Assembly (NCBI GenBank): GCA_037447605.1 | Contig: CM074809.1 | Coordinates: 1,230,689 to 1,294,688 of the forward strand | Length of the DNA: 64,000 nucleotides | Reading direction: 5' to 3' | Source of the DNA: Zygnema circumcarinatum SAG 698-1b | Taxonomy: Eukaryota > Plantae > Zygnematophyceae | Shown here: positions 41,801 through 56,107 of the stretch, in pieces | Position numbering within the stretch: position 1 is the first letter of the stretch | Layout of the letters: every line of letters begins with the position of its first letter | Notes under the pieces: model-generated | The model's input: only the letters and a program-made list of their open reading frames with translations | Databases searched by the model: none | What the model was told of the DNA's origin: nothing | Program-made: the position numbers and the translations under genes

Positions 41801-44800
41801 GTTAAACGGCATATGCAAAATTGAATGGAGAAGGAGATAGGGTTGGTGTATCGTTGTTCTCCACTCGAATCTCATGCTAAATGAGGGATTCACCATCCAT
41901 TGTCTTGTCTGCAGTGTTATATTTGAACGACTTGACATTGAAGGGCGAACATATCTTCAAACCACTCGGCAGCATTTGGGCCGATATGGGGAGGCGGGTC
42001 TAAGAACATTGGCTCTCGCATATCGCGAAATCGGTGAGAGTGAGTATGCGGAGTGGAACAGGGATTTCACGGCTGCTAAGACGAGTCTTTCGGCCAATAG
42101 AGAGCAGCAAATGGACGAAAGCTCAGAATGTCTGGAAAAGGGACTCATTCTCGTGGGGGCAACAGCTGTGGAGGATAAGCTTCAGCGCGGGGTAAGCGGG
42201 AGTAGGAGAGGAGGGAGGGAGGAAGGGGGGGGAGTTGGAGAGGAGAGGAGAGGGAGTATGGGGAAGGAGGGGGAGGGGAAGATGAGAGGAGTGAATGGTG
42301 AAAAGGATGGGCTGGGGAGGCAATATAGTTTAGCCATGGGAATCTTGAAGGGGGAGAAGTGGAGGGAGAGCAAAGAGGAAGTAGAGGAAAGAGGTGGAAG
42401 CTATAGGGGCGGAACTTGTTCTCTTCATGCCATTTGTTTCTCCCAATCCTTAGGGTGGTCCAGGTGTTTGAAATCTCACCTTGTCCAATCAAAAGCATAA
42501 TCTAAGTATCCATGCACAAAATGCTTCACACTTGACGCCTACTACCCTTTTCAGCTGGTCTACTATCCTTCACATCATAACAATCAAATTAGGACATCGA
42601 TTCTCATAAGAGTTGTTGAAAACAGAAGGTGTAGAATATGAATGATGAGTAGAGAGATTGAGACAGATTGCTAAGAAGGGAAAATGAGTGAAGCCCTCTA
42701 GAATTATGTATATGATACTTGGTAATAGCAGTAAATGGTCCGAGCACTGTTATATTTTCACTTTAAGCTCGACATTTGAAAGTTGTATGAATACACCCGA
42801 GGGGATTCATGTAGTTTTACCTTTACCAACTCCTTTGCAGGATTTGCATGGAACTGGGTTCCTGTAGAAGATTAAGTCAGGATTGAAAAAAAAATTGACT
42901 GATGAGAAGTTTTCAAACATTGCAGGTCCCTGAAACTATTGACAGACTGGCACAGGCAGGAATTAAAATCTTTGTTCTCACTGGCGACAAGCAGGAGACC
43001 GCCATCAATATTGGGTACAATCTCTCACCCTTACCATTCTGAGCATAACGTGGAGTCCATGCTTAGGCAGAAAAAAGGATTGGATTTGTTTGGCGGAAAA
43101 AGGGATGAGCATGTCTATTTGAAAAACGATCCAAAACGTCTCCTTGTAGAGCGGATATGGCTGAGTGCTACGAAGCTTGCAAACCCTCCTCTGACATGTA
43201 CTGTTGAATCTTGCTGTCGATGGGTTTTTCAGATATGCATGCAGTCTCTTGCGAGATGGCATGACCCAAATCATCATCTCTCTCGACACTCCCGAGATTC
43301 GGGAGTTGGATGATTCAGGGGATAAAGAGAAGCTGAAGCAGGTAAGCTAACATTTCAACCTCATCTCAATTCTGACTTTGTAAGTAGCATTGTTGGGGGA
43401 GTGGTTGTGGGTGAATAAGGAAGAGCGAGAGGAGCTAGAGAAGTAGGTGGAGAAGGGATCACGAGGGAGAGTGACGGAGATCAGTCATGGGAGAGGAAGG
43501 AGAGGAGAGGGAGGGAGAGGGAGAGGAGTAAACTTTTCCTGCGCGTCAAAATGCGAGCTGATTGCGAGCGAAATCTGGATTAGACATACGAGACACTTGT
43601 TAAAAAAAAATCGACAAAGATTCCAGCAAGAGCAGAAGAATATTGGATGCTTGAGAGGAACAAACAAACCAGAGAAGCAGTTGAGTCACTTGATGAAAGG
43701 CGGGGAGAGGGGAGGAGGGAGGAGGGAGGATTGGATGGAGCGAGAAGCAGGAGGGAAGAGAATGGGGAGAAGTAAGGGAGAAGTGGAGGATCGCTGGATA
43801 GAGAGGGAGAGGGACGGAAACGGTTGCAAAGGGTGAATCTGACATATTCCATTTGGGAGTGTGCAGATATGCACTTCAAGGGTGGCTAAACAGGTCACAG
43901 ATGGAGCCCAGCTGATTGAGGAAAACAGAGATCCGGATACTGTTTTTGCCCTCATCATAGACGGAAAATCACTCACTTATGCGTTGGATGACCGGCTGAA
44001 ACCGGTCCTTCTAGCACTGGCCATGCAATGCGCATCAGTCATATGCTGCCGCGTGTCACCCAAGCAGAAGGCTCTGGTGAGGAGACTGCTTCCACTTTCT
44101 GTTACAAAGTTATGGTTCTGAGGTCACGTTTTTCAAAGGGCATTAAGTTCTTTTGGTTTGTTGATGCTAATGCTGATAGCAATGCTTTTGCAGGTGACCA
44201 AGTTGGTGAAGAAAGGGACAGGGAAGGTGACGCTTGCTATTGGTGATGGAGCAAACGATGTCGGAATGATTCAAGAGGCAGACATTGGAGTTGGAATCAG
44301 TGGGGTGGAGGGGCAGCAGGTGAAGATGCTCTCCTTCTGAACTGATCTTTTCCAAAAACATAGTTTCTCTAGTGAATAGATTTCGTTGGCATTTCATTGT
44401 GACCGCTGCTAAAGTCCTGTGTCTGAGTGTTTGATGCTTGAGCTGCTCGCTGATTGGACCCTACTTCCTTCTTCACTTCGTTTTGCAGGCTGTTATGGCC
44501 AGCGACTTCGCTATTGCTCAGTTCCGATTTTTGGAGCGTCTTCTTCTCGTACACGGTCATTGGTGCTACAAACGCATTGCTAATATGGTGAGGGTGCTGC
44601 ATTCTCCTTTGCCTTCATCTTAGATTGAGAAGAAATTGAGATTCTTATTACGACTTGAATAGCTATGAGAAACCCTTACTGGTTTGTTCCCGCTGCTTGG
44701 TAACTTGGAGATGTTGAAGTCCCTCTGACAGGATGTTTTTCCTGCAGATTACATACTTTTTTTATAAGAATATTGCGTACGGAATGACGCTCTTCTACTA

Positions 44801-45888
44801 CAATGGATACTCGGTATTTTCGGGGCAGATCATGTACAATTCATGGTATGCAGCTGTGTACAACGTCTTCTTTACATCGCTACCTGTCATCGCACTCGGA
44901 ATTTTGGAGCAGGATGTCCCCGCGAAAGTCTGCTCCACTGTAAGTGACCTGCCCAGATGAGACCCCTGCTCTGATTGACTGATCTCGTGTGCTTCTGTGA
45001 ACTGAATTCTTTAAGGTCTTTAAGAGAAGTGCGTGTCACTTGTTCAGTAGGCTATAGTCTCTGCGTTTGGGAGAGCGATAGAGATGACAACATATTGATA
45101 GTGAATCGGCGAGTTTTCCAAGGCTTTAACGTTTGAACTCTCTCACCTATTTCCTACTCCCCCTCTGTGTTTCCTTTCCGCAGTTTCCCATCCTCTACCA
45201 GACGGGCCCTAAGAACCTCTGGTTTCAGTGGAAACGCATAATCTTCTGGATGCTTAACGGCATCTATGTCTCAGTCATTGGCTTCTGGTTTGCAATCACC
45301 GCTTTGAGTCCTCAAGCTTACCGCGATGATGGCTTCGTCCCTGAGCTTCCGGGAATCAGCACCACTCTCTACACCGCCGTCGTCTGGACAGTCAACCTCC
45401 AGCTTTTCCTCACCCTTGAATACATCACATGGATTCACCACGTTCTCATATGGGGCAGCATCGCCATGTTCTACATATTCGCCATTGTCTATGGATTCAT
45501 CACCCCTAGCTTCACCAGCACGGGCTACAAGGTGTTCACGGAAGAGACCTCTACCAGCCCTGCCTATTGGCTGGTCACCCTCCTCATCCCTCCAGCTCAA
45601 CTGCTGCCCTACTTTGTCTACAAGTCCATGCAGCTCCGATTCCGCCCTCTGGACCATCAGATAGTGCAGGAGTTGGCCTACCTCAAGAAGGATGTGGAGG
45701 ACCCCTCCGTGTGGAATGCAGAGGGCGCAAGAGCAGTGCAGAGAGCGGACATTGGATTCTCTGCAGCAGTGGATGCGGTGGTGAAGAGAATGGCTCGGAA
45801 AGGGAAGCTGAAAATCGGGAAGGTGCCGCCTCCTGGCAGCGTTATGGAGGCAGCCAGGGCGGTATCAGAGGATCCCGCTGCAAGATAG
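38860..45888 (+). CDS. ALA: P4-type ATPase, phospholipid flippase (ALA family)
   Basis: Exons approx 38860-39258, 39668-40762, 41098-41345, 41615-41725, 41915-42190, 42927-43014, 43233-43341, 43867-44077, 44194-44319, 44489-44587, 44748-44939, 45184-45888. Motifs: [26 protein letters not shown], phosphorylation site [58 protein letters not shown]. Confidence 0.97.
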
Positions 45889-46316
45889 CGTTGGACATAG
45901 AACATGGGAGGGGACCGATAAGTAGGAGAGCATGTTAACTCGGGAAGGTGTTCGCAACAAAGGGCGGAAGTGGGCTCCTATACAAATATGTTGTGTAGCT
46001 TTTGCCCGCGAGACTGAATAAATTGATTTTGGTTGTGGATAGGCAGTTCGGCGCGCTGAGCTGACTTCAAGAAGCTGCGCAAGTGCAGGCTCTTGTATGT
46101 ACATTTTTTATTCAATTTCATACATTGAAGGCCGTGAATTTGAAGCTTCATGTCCTTGTCAGATCAGCATGCGGTTCCTCTGTGTGCATCACGAGCAAAA
46201 AAGGATGATGACAAACCCTACTTTACATGCAGCTTCACAAGGAATCTGAATGTATTCATCCAGATAAGGGCTTTCTTTCCTCAAGTTCATAAAAAAGTTA
46301 CAAAAGATGTCGGCAT

Positions 46317-49300
46317 CTAAGTAATAGGAAGGAGAATATGGTCGGGAAAGGATGCAGAGCCGTTGTTGGGAGCAGCCTCCAGGCCGAGAATGTTGGCTAT
46401 GACTCCATACACCTGCACAGATGTGGAACAAAACAAGCCCTCAGGACGAAGAGAGGCTCAAATAAAAGGATTCTTGCAGACAGCCTTCGTTTTCCCCTAC
46501 CAGATTCGCACTGCAGAAGCCAGTATCATGCTTTACTGACACTACGTTTCAGATTAGGAGATTTCAGCCTTGAAAGAAACGATAGAAAATTTGTTTTTTT
46601 TTTTTTGAAGGAAGTACTCGAATTCCGCTATTACTACCTATTTTGCGGGAAAGTCTGCACTAATTTCGATTACCCCCTAATGAGGATAACTCAAAATTCA
46701 GAATCCAGCTAGAGCAGCAAACAATATGCAGTTCAGGCCTATGCCATCACTTGTATATGAGCACCACTCACCTCCACATTCACGAAAGAGTCAACCTTTC
46801 TGCCCGGGGCGAAGCGGGGACCATGTGCAATGAAGATGGTGCGCATGGAGAGGAGAGTGTTGTCGTAGCCATGGGAGCCGGAACAGTCAAATGTGCAGCC
46901 TCCTCCTTTCCTGAACTTGGCAGTATAGCCTTCTGCCAACACGCCGAGAATGGGCTGCAATTGGGAAAGAGCATCTCAGACAGTCAGCATAATGCTTGAT
47001 GCATCCCAAAAAGCTCTCCAGCTCGTTAGCGAGAATGCAAAGGCAAATGCTTATGAAAGGTAGAAGATACAACCTCACATTCTGCACAAAGTCTCGCAGC
47101 AATCGCCATAGAAATCAGAAAAAGTGTGGAAGATCATAAATGATCCCTCTTAAATGGATGTCTTGCATTGGCAAATGATGTTGCTGCTTACCGCTATCCT
47201 TTCGCTGCCATTGTACTTGAATCGCTCCGGCAGCTCTTCCTTCAGGTAAACTGACAAATATTTACCCTTGTTCACCTTATTGGATGCAAGTCCCGCTTTC
47301 AGGCCATTGTAAACTGCCTGCACTTCCAATCCAGGCGGAGGGTGAATAGCCATGAGCGGAGAATAGCTACTGAACCAAGATGCCGTGATATTGGGGACCC
47401 ATTGCTTAAAATCTTCAGCATAAATTTCCCTAGAAGCACAATTCCCGAGCATTCCGTGGTCTCCAAGCATAATTATGTGCACCGATTGCAGTAAATTCCT
47501 GCAAGTATAGAAGCCCCATGCACAACTGTCAAACAAAGTGTACACCAAAACCAAGAACGAACGTTCACTGCAACTTCAACAAAACAGCTGCTTTTCTCAG
47601 CCCCTTTCCTTCCTCCCCATGTGTTCATCATGTTTAGACCGAATCAAGAAAAGACTCCTTTGGGTACAAAACTGGCCAAGGGACGCAATACGCATTCCCC
47701 CTTGTACCATGACGGAAATGGATTAAACAAGAGTCATAGGAAGCCACCTTTCCTCGAGCCCATCAAGGAGCCGACCAACCATAGTGTCTATACGTGTGAT
47801 AGCATTTCCTATCTCCGGGACATCTGGTCCAGCTTGGTGCCCAGTATGGTCGGGTTCCTCAAAGTAGAGAGTTACAATATTGGGCCGAGTTTCTTCTGGA
47901 AGGTCCATCCACTCGAGAACTTTGTCCACTCGCTACTTCCCACCAGCCGCCAAAATGAAACCGATCAAAGGACTGCAGATACGACCTTGGCACATCACTG
48001 TCAATAAGAAGCACGGTTCAAACAGCTTTTGCCAGCAATTGAATTCATCACAACTCAAAGGTGAGTTACGATGAAGAATTGGATAATGATTACAGAAGCG
48101 TATCTCCAATAGGCAGACATAAACGACTAATTGACACTTTGGTGAACTGACAGCTGTAGAAAAAATTGCAGACAAAAGAAGCACAATGGAAAGCACGAAA
48201 GTACCTTTCTCCACATACCTTTTCATACTGCACAGCACCATTGTAGGGCATGCAAAATTCAGGAGGACATTTCCAGTGCTCGCGCTCAACTTCTGAACCG
48301 GGCCAAAAGAACGTTGCAGCGTTGCGGCCCTGCCTTCACCCTACCATTACTATCAAACCTCGTGCAAGAAGCACAGGAGTACAATTCAGATCAGGCTTCA
48401 AAAATCAGAATCTATGCTCTACGCCCTGTAACTCTAGCATTCCAACTGCCTTATCCTTGCGCATCCATCTCTAATCTCCTTGCTCATTTCTATCTGTTGT
48501 ATTCCCAAGATCTCCTCTACTCTCCCCCGCTAAAGGAAAAAACCTTCCTGATGCGTTTTCCCGTGATGCATGATGGCAATGACATGCTTTCTCCTGCTCC
48601 ATAGGATCAATAGGCGAAGCATGCGAATACAAAACCAACATACACAATATCTTGTTATGGCAAACAGATTGTGGTGAAAGCTGACGTTAGATGTTCTTGT
48701 GCAATGAACAAGCTGGCGATGTACCAAATTTGCTTATAAAAAAAAATTGGGGTTGCAAGAAATGAAGGAACCGTTACCTGTTTGACAGCCGTCTCCCAAA
48801 TGGGCTCTCCAAGCCACCAATCAGCCTCATGACTTCCCATAGTGAACTTGCGGCTGCTATTGTTGGGGTCCGGAAAGCTATTGGCCACAATGCCATGCGA
48901 GCCGGCATAGAGTCCAGTAACAATGGAGTAGTGGTTTGGGAAGGTGACAGATGGAAAAATTGGGATCATACCTTCAGCTGCCTCCGTACCATTGCTCTTA
49001 AGCCTGCAGACTAAGAGCCAAGAGCCCACTTCAATGACTGCAGAACTGTCTCGGGTCTAAGTGATAACATATATATGTACAGCTGCTGTATTTTCCATTT
49101 CAGAATACTGATATGCAAAGGGTGAGGGTGAGGGTGTATAAAGCAAAGAAACACAAACCACACATGGCAGGGCTCACGATGAAGGCTTTAATAAAGCGAT
49201 TAAAAACAAGCAAAAACGAAATAACGATAACATCGTCTGGAAAAAAGGTGTGAAACTGATCGCATTCTTTGAAAACAGCAGTTAAGCAACAGTCAACGAT

Positions 49301-50731
49301 GAAAACAACGGGTTACAAGGCACACAGTCCAATGCATCTACCATGTATTAATTACACCCTGCACTTCACTAAACTCTCAAGCAGCATTCGGTATATTGTA
49401 CTGGCTTCTGCTGCTCCGAGAAGCAATCAGTGAAAAAAGGCTCGCTGTCTCCAAAGCAACGAACAAAGCAAATTGCTCAAGCCTTCACTTAACAGTGGAA
49501 AATATACCTGTTAATGTTGGGAGTGGGAACCTTATGCTCATAACCCCATCTGAAACCATCAGATGAGATTAGGATGACTGTGGATACACTTGGCGCCGGC
49601 ACCCTTTGTTGAGAAGAAGAGCTGATGCTAGGATCGACCCCTTGGCAGAGTGAAATACGGAACTTTGCTTTAATTAATAGAGACGCGACATAAAATACAA
49701 TGCCGGCAAATGCTGCAAGCCTCGGAAAAAAAAACGGTCAGACTCCAAATCCTCAATCAAATCCATCCGTTTTTTAATGCTTTTGCTTTGAACACTTCTA
49801 CATCGCAGCTGCTGAGTGAAAAACGAAGAAAGCAGACCATCCCGGCTGGGCAAAGTGTTTCTATTTTTCTGCATGGGACCAGTGTAGGCACTTTCTCATA
49901 ACTATAAGTGCTCAAAACAGCAGTGACCAAAGTAGTTTTAGAAGCACAGTCTCTGCAAGTGATATAGTTCATTTTTAGCAGCACGAGTACTCTAGTCCCG
50001 TTTAATGAACTGCACCTGAGACTCTACCATACGGCATTGATCTTATGTAGACTGTCAGTCCAATGACAAGCGACACGTGGAAAGAGAAAACCTCGCTAGA
50101 CAAGACTTGCTTTACCAAAGCTAATTTGTTAAAAGCGAGTGAGGTTTGAAGCAGCGAAGTCCCTGCCCCTGCTACCAGTCAGAAACAATGCGAACAAGAT
50201 AAAAGTAGTCCGCTTTTACACACATGCGCGTTCTGAGAATTTTGTTGACATGCGCCAAATAACCCTAGACTAGCTGGCGATACTCTGCCTTGTCCATTTA
50301 GCCCCTCAAGCCACGTCTTAATCGATTCACATCACCGCCTTTTTCGGCAAAAAAAGCATCTAATCTTCATGAAAATACTGTCTGATGTTGATCCACGTGG
50401 AGAATAAGTGCTCACCAGCTAGGAAAAACAACCCGCTCAGAGCCGCCAGCGTCCACATTGCCAACCTATGCACCTCCACTGGCTGCCTTAGCATGGGAGA
50501 TTTCAGCAGCCCGCCATTCTCCTCTACACTGCGGCCTTCAAAATCAGCTCCCTTATCGCTTTCAAGCAAAGCTCGGTTTAAAGCATCTTCATCACCGGCC
50601 GCAGCTGCATCCCCATGGCTATTTGAAGGTGCCGTCTGGCCGGGCTCCTCCAGGCCTCCCTGCCGAAGGGCAGCATCCACATGGCCTTCCCCCTTCATAA
50701 TATCCTCCCGCGGCAGAGGCTCGAAGTTCAT
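46317..50731 (-). CDS. Ectonucleotide pyrophosphatase/phosphodiesterase (ENPP, type I phosphodiesterase family) with N-terminal membrane anchor
   Basis: Spliced motifs VILISSDGFRWGY, FPSVTFPNHYSIVTGLY (catalytic Thr), WWLGEPIWET, AATFFWPGSEV, LYFEEPDHTGH, IIMLGDHGM, GSHGYDN...MRTIFIAHGPRF, PNNGSASFP; stop at 46317-46319. The exons just after the first one are uncertain. Confidence 0.93.
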
Positions 50732-51015
50732 GACTTCCTCCTCCTCCCCTCCCTCTCCCTCTCTCCCCTCCCAGCCATGGCTGCCCCTCCTCTTTCACCG
50801 TACAATTGGCATCCGTACAGAATACGAATTACGGTTCCATGGACAGTCGTCCCGTTCATATAATCGACCAACCAGAGCTTGCCACGTTGGACAATGCAAG
50901 CACGTGGCATGGCGTGCACTTTTTTAAAAAGGAAAATTTAAGAAAATTAAGCTCAGGATTTCTTTCTTTTTTTTTCCGGGCAGGTCCATGAAATATTTTC
51001 AATGGAGGTCCCTCA

Positions 51016-51087
51016 GGTACTGTACGGCACCCGGCAAGTTCCTGTTGGTGTACGGAAACCAGGGCCGTTTGTACGGTACCGTACAAA
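51016..51087. promoter_or_regulatory. GTAC cluster in the divergent ENPP/RPS6 promoter
   Basis: 6 GTAC cores in ~70 bp, with two more CCGTAC near 50797 and 50814. Confidence 0.5.
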
Positions 51088-51463
51088 TGACACATGAAAT
51101 AAGTGTTATCTTTGACGGAACAGGTGACTGGACTGCCACACGGAAACGCTCATAGAAACCTTAGCTTGGCTGCCCGTCCGGCGGCGCGCGGGGGAGTTGG
51201 CGGAGGTTCAGGGTCGCGCTTCCGCGAAGCGCTGCGAATGTGCCACGTGGCACCATTGGCCGCGTTATCCACAACACAGCTCCCTCCCCTCTCACCCCTC
51301 CCTCCCTCCCTCTCTTTCTGCCTCCCTCCCTCCCTCCCTCCCTCCCACCTTCGCGGAGGGCCGGACGCTCCGTCTCTCGCCGGCGGAGAGGGTGCCGCTC
51401 GCAGGAGAGTCGGCGCTGTAGGGCTTGCGGGAGTAGAAGGAGGCGGCCTTCCGGCTGCTCGCC

Positions 51464-52565
51464 ATGGCGGCTCTTGGGCAGGCTGCTGCATGCATTGCAG
51501 CGAAAGGAATTGTGGAGCAGGCGGGCGTCGCTGTCTGCAGTGGGCTTCCTGCGGAGTCTCGTGCGTCGTCTGCGCGCTTTCTGGCGTTCCCCTGCAGTAT
51601 CGGCCTGTCAAGTAGCTCCCTGGGCTTGCAGCTATGGCGGGACGAGAGGAGGCAGAGGCTGCTGTCCGCCCGGAATGTGGCCATGCAGGACTCGCTGCCG
51701 GGGATGGAGGAGGAGCCGGCGAGCGAGCCGCGGGAGTATCCCCCTGGAATGCAGCGGTATGAGTCTATGGTGATTCTGCGGCCGGATCTGACAGAGGATG
51801 AACGCACAGCCTTGATAGAGCGGTATGAAGAGGTGAGTGTGGATTGACTTGGAGATGAGCACTGGATTTCCTAGGAAGGGTTTTCATGTTTTGGGATCAC
51901 TTCAGTTTGCGAAAATTTCCCGAACAAGGATAGGATAGGTTTGTTTCTGGCAATTGGAACGCAGGCAGGTCGTTGCCGTGGAAACTCTGAGCAAGAACAT
52001 GGATAGGATGGTTGGTTGGTTGAGAATAGCGCAGCCCAACTATAATTGCCGTATTGTTGCTAAATTGGCTGCTCTTCCCCTCGTCTTGCACGTGTGATAG
52101 TGATGTGTTGGATAATTGTTACTCATTATATTACTGAGCCGAGGTTCCTAGCTATCTTGTTTCCTTATCGAGCCGAAGCTGATCCCACGTATGGCAGTGA
52201 GTAGCACTGAGAATGGAAAAAAACACAACTCTTCCTGTGTCGATGTCAGTAACCCTCTGTAAGAGTCTGTATTTCTTGTTTCTTCTCTACATGGAGAGAC
52301 GATTTGGACCTGATGGGTGTCTTTGTTTCTGCAGGCCATGGTTGCTGGCGGAGCCTTGGATGTGGAAATGTTTAACAGAGGAATGCAGCCATTGGCATAC
52401 AACATCAAGTCAAAGAGCACAGGAGGACAAGTCAATCGCTATGTAGATGGAATTTATTTGCTTTTCACTTATGTCACAAAGCCCCTGAGCCAAGTGGAGC
52501 TGCAGAAAAAGTTCAACGCAGATGATGATGTTATCCGCTCCACTACGTTCCGACTGAAGCTGTAG
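51464..52565 (+). CDS. RPS6: Plastid 30S ribosomal protein S6 with transit peptide
   Basis: Exons 51464-51832 and 52335-52565: YESMVILRPDLTEDER...GMQPLAYNIK...GIYLLFTY...NADDDVIRSTTFRLKL*, a bacterial-type S6. Confidence 0.95.
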
Positions 52566-53777
52566 GTAGGAATGCAAAGTTGTCGGGTTCAGGATTTACT
52601 GCACGTAGCAGGTTGCATGCCACCTGAGTGACTGGAAATTGGAGACATGCTGAACAGTTAGACCCACCTGTGTAGTGCTTGAAGCGAATGAATTCTTAGT
52701 CCCCAACGAGTTTTCCAGCGTTGCCTCAAAACTTCTCTCCTTCATGACCACTGGCAGTGGGACTGCCAACGGAGAGGGCGCAAATGTGGTCAACTTTCAT
52801 AACTGAAGGGGAGGTACTGCTTAGCCTAGGCTTGTTCGACGAGCCGCATGGGGATCTCAGTTGTCAAGCAACTTTTGTAAACTGCAACCTTCACATGAAA
52901 AAATATCTTTTCTCTTTCAGAAAGAAGTTGTGCGAAATTATGCACCAGGCTAGTGGCCGTTTTTTTTAGTTCTTGGGGCCTAAGTGTCTTGCACCCCACA
53001 TAAGGGACTTACTTATGTGGAGTGTTTCCTTTTCCAGCCAACAGGGCAGTCCCACTTAACAATCTGACTTCGTAGCCGGAGAAGATTGACGTAGTGGAGA
53101 AGTCTTTTCAATCTGTTGGTGACCTAACAGGCACGGTACATTTCTGGGGGCAATACCACATCCACAGTATATGGGCTGTCATGATGAGATCCGGCTTGGC
53201 GGGTTAGACATGTGTTTGACCTTGTCACAGTAAGCCAGCTAGATCTCTGCTGCCCATCACCTGCCTGTTGACACTATGGAGTGGAAGTTCTACTCAGCAT
53301 GAGTTTGGAGCTTTTAAGCCATCTGCAAGTCGTTCCATGCCTCCTCTGCAACCCAGACGACCTTCTCCCAGATCTGTCTTTGGGTTATGCATATGGGGAT
53401 GTGGCGTGTTCAGGTAGAGCATTGTACTCCAAAAAAGAACAAGAACATTAAAGAACAAGATGCTGCTGCAGAAGTTGTTTTTCCTGCATATAGAAAAAGA
53501 CCCTCTTTGTACCTTCTAGTTTGAGCAGCATGTCCGGGCAAACACAAAGGAAACTCCTTTTTTTTCAGTTTATGGAGTACAGTGCGACTGCAATACGATA
53601 ATTTTAGATCGTTGGAAGCCGAAGGCGCTCAAATAAATCAATTATGCAAAGAACTCGTTTCCTAATGCTGTATAGTCCTGACATCCTCAAAGGCCAACCT
53701 TTCCCACGTTGACTTCAAAAATCTAAGCATAAATTGATTATACGATAAAATCGAACTGCTTGCATCCAAAAATGTCG

Positions 53778-55742
53778 TCATGAGATGTTTCCTCCCTTTA
53801 GCGACTTGCTCTTAACAACTCCGCCTGAAACTCGCATGGGCCGGTCCAGAAACCGAGCCACCCCCTCTTCTGAAGTGTTCAAGTGGGGCTGAACTGCTTC
53901 CCACACCTTCTTCTTTTGTAGCTGCCTCCATTCAACCCCACAAGAGACCTACTTAAAATACAATGCAGGCCTCCCTTCAATCGCTCTATATACACTTAGA
54001 TGAAGCTCCAGCAAAACTTCATGTAAAAATCTCATCTCACGCTTTTCCACCAAACAGCCCCAAATGCAAGATTTGGGAACTAAACCAACGATTGCAACTC
54101 GGCATATATCTGGGACAAAACAAAACTTGACAAGTTCTAGTGGCGGTAACTGAACCAGTCAACAGTTGTAGCCGTGAAGTTTTCCTCACCTGATTTGGCG
54201 CTGCAGGTGCTGCTTGTGTTCCTCCATCCTCCTCGCCTCCAAACCAGACCCTCTCCCCGGGCTGTGAGCCTTCTGGCGGTATGAGCAGCTCTACGTTTTC
54301 ATGGGCCTTATCTGAAGCTGCAAGCAGCATTCCATTCGACTTCACTCCTCGCATGTTGCGTGGCTTCAAATTGGCCAACACAAGCACAGAGCGGTCCTGT
54401 TCACAGAGCAAAAGATCAGCCATACTTCAGAGACAAGTCAGCATCACTGAGAATAACAAAAGGTCACGCTAGAACATAAATGACGGCCTACAGGCGAGGT
54501 TGAAAAATATCCTAATTCTGGCAAACAGCTGTCACGTCTCTGTCCACTTTCATCACGTCCATTACTTTCATCAGAACTTTCCTGCATCTTAAAAAAAGAA
54601 AATTGCACGGTTTTCTCAAATTTTGTACCTTCCCTTCTCATAAGAAAGGATCGGGTCTAACCTGCATTTCTTCCTCTGCCACATACTTGACAAGCCCACT
54701 GCAGATGGTCCGTGGTCCGGTCTCCTCACCGATGTCCACTTCCTCCACATAAAGACTATCAGCCTCAGGGTGCTTCCATGCCTTCAAAATTTTACCGACA
54801 CGAATGTCCAAACCTTCTACCACCTTCGGGTCTTCTGCAAAAGGCAACCAAACAAAACCCCCTAGATCTGAAGAAGTGATGCGTCGGCTACAGTCAAGAA
54901 GATGCAGGTAACCCCGCAAGAACAGAATGTTTGAATCGGTGTAAGGGTCAACCCGACTGCTATCATAGAATAGAATGCATGAACAATGATTTTGACACCT
55001 TGCCTCCTTTACAACCCTAGCACTTTCAAGTGTGGACATGTCTCGTAAGCGTACTTGAGATCGAGGAAAGCCCTCCACAAATCATATGAACTTAGCCTGA
55101 GTTGAATTTTGGTTTTCACATACGAAAACTGAGTAATGACATTAACCATGCATTGCCAAACCATGCATTGCCAATCCCTGCGCGAACCTCCATTTCTAAC
55201 ACAAACCTTTTCAGCAACCGAATAAGAGCAGAAATTAATCATTCTCTTCAACAGAATGTCTCCCAGAAACCAAATCACGTCTACATTCTTCCCTTCCATG
55301 AGAATTTTCGTGGTGCACAAAACTTAAAGAATAAACGCAATGAGTCTTCTAATCTGCACCATCAACGACGAACCTCTAAAAAGAAAGAAACCTATTTTTT
55401 CTAGTCTTAAAAGGGGCCCCTGCCGGCTCGCCCCCCACCTGGCTCCTTTGCAGCTTCTGGCACGGAACTGTCAGCTGTCGCCACAGAACCTCCCTCCTCA
55501 GCTGCTGCCACGCGTCCCCACTGGTAACGCCTTCTCAGATAAACGCCACGTGTCAGCTTCTCCTGCTCCCCCGTGGAACCCTGGGAAGATATCCCCCCGG
55601 CGGCCGGCCCCCCAAGGGGACAGCTATGGCGGCCACATGGAGCGGCTGCCACGTGGCGCACTGCCCGCGCAGAGGAGAGGGCTGCGCGGAGGGCGGGGGG
55701 GACTGCGGCTGCGCCACGTGGCAGGGCCTGAAGGGCGTTCAT
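53778..55742 (-). CDS. OB-fold tRNA-binding domain protein (Trbp111/EMAP II/MetRS-C-like), probably organellar
   Basis: Exons approx 55439-55742 (transit-like), 54661-54834 ([29 protein letters not shown]...RTICSGLV), 54190-54399 ([22 protein letters not shown]...PGERVWFG), 53778-53915 ([12 protein letters not shown]...GGNIS*). Confidence 0.9.
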
Positions 55743-56107
55743 TCTGGTGCTGACACGTGGCCTGCCACGTGGAAGGGGCGGAGGCGGGGACGAGGAAAGG
55801 AGAGGGCGACACGTGGCGGCACTTGAAAGGCGATAAAAGTGTTGATCTACTTTACAGGGAGTCGGTCTTGAGAGTCCACTTTGATCCATAGATTTCGTCT
55901 CGACAGATCAACCATGAGGTTATCTGGTGAGTAGAGCTGGACCAAAGATGAAGATCTGGATCTACTCCCTCTCTACATCCGTTTTAGGGTTGTAACCCTA
56001 AATTGCTGCATCCCTAAAGAGGGCCTTCGTTCTCCCTCACTGCTCAACCCTAACCCTAAAAAGGGGTCCTTGACTCCTCCCTGATTCCCTGGTGCGAGGA
56101 GTCCGCC
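55743..56107. promoter_or_regulatory. 365-bp bidirectional promoter with G-boxes and telo-box-like motifs
   Basis: Lies between the ATG at 55742 (-) and the ATG at 56108 (+). CACGTG at ~55754, ~55766 and ~55810; AACCCTA/TAGGGTT at ~55985-56000 and ~56047-56060. Confidence 0.6.

Noticed and set aside
45271-45905. Antisense ORFs over the last ALA exon (similar overlaps at ENPP and RPS6 exon 1)
   Set aside because: They are shadow frames of GC-rich coding sequence with no independent motifs or splice support.
53175-53290. Box C/D snoRNA candidate (ATGATGA at ~53180)
   Set aside because: No D box (CTGA) or terminal stem at a suitable distance.
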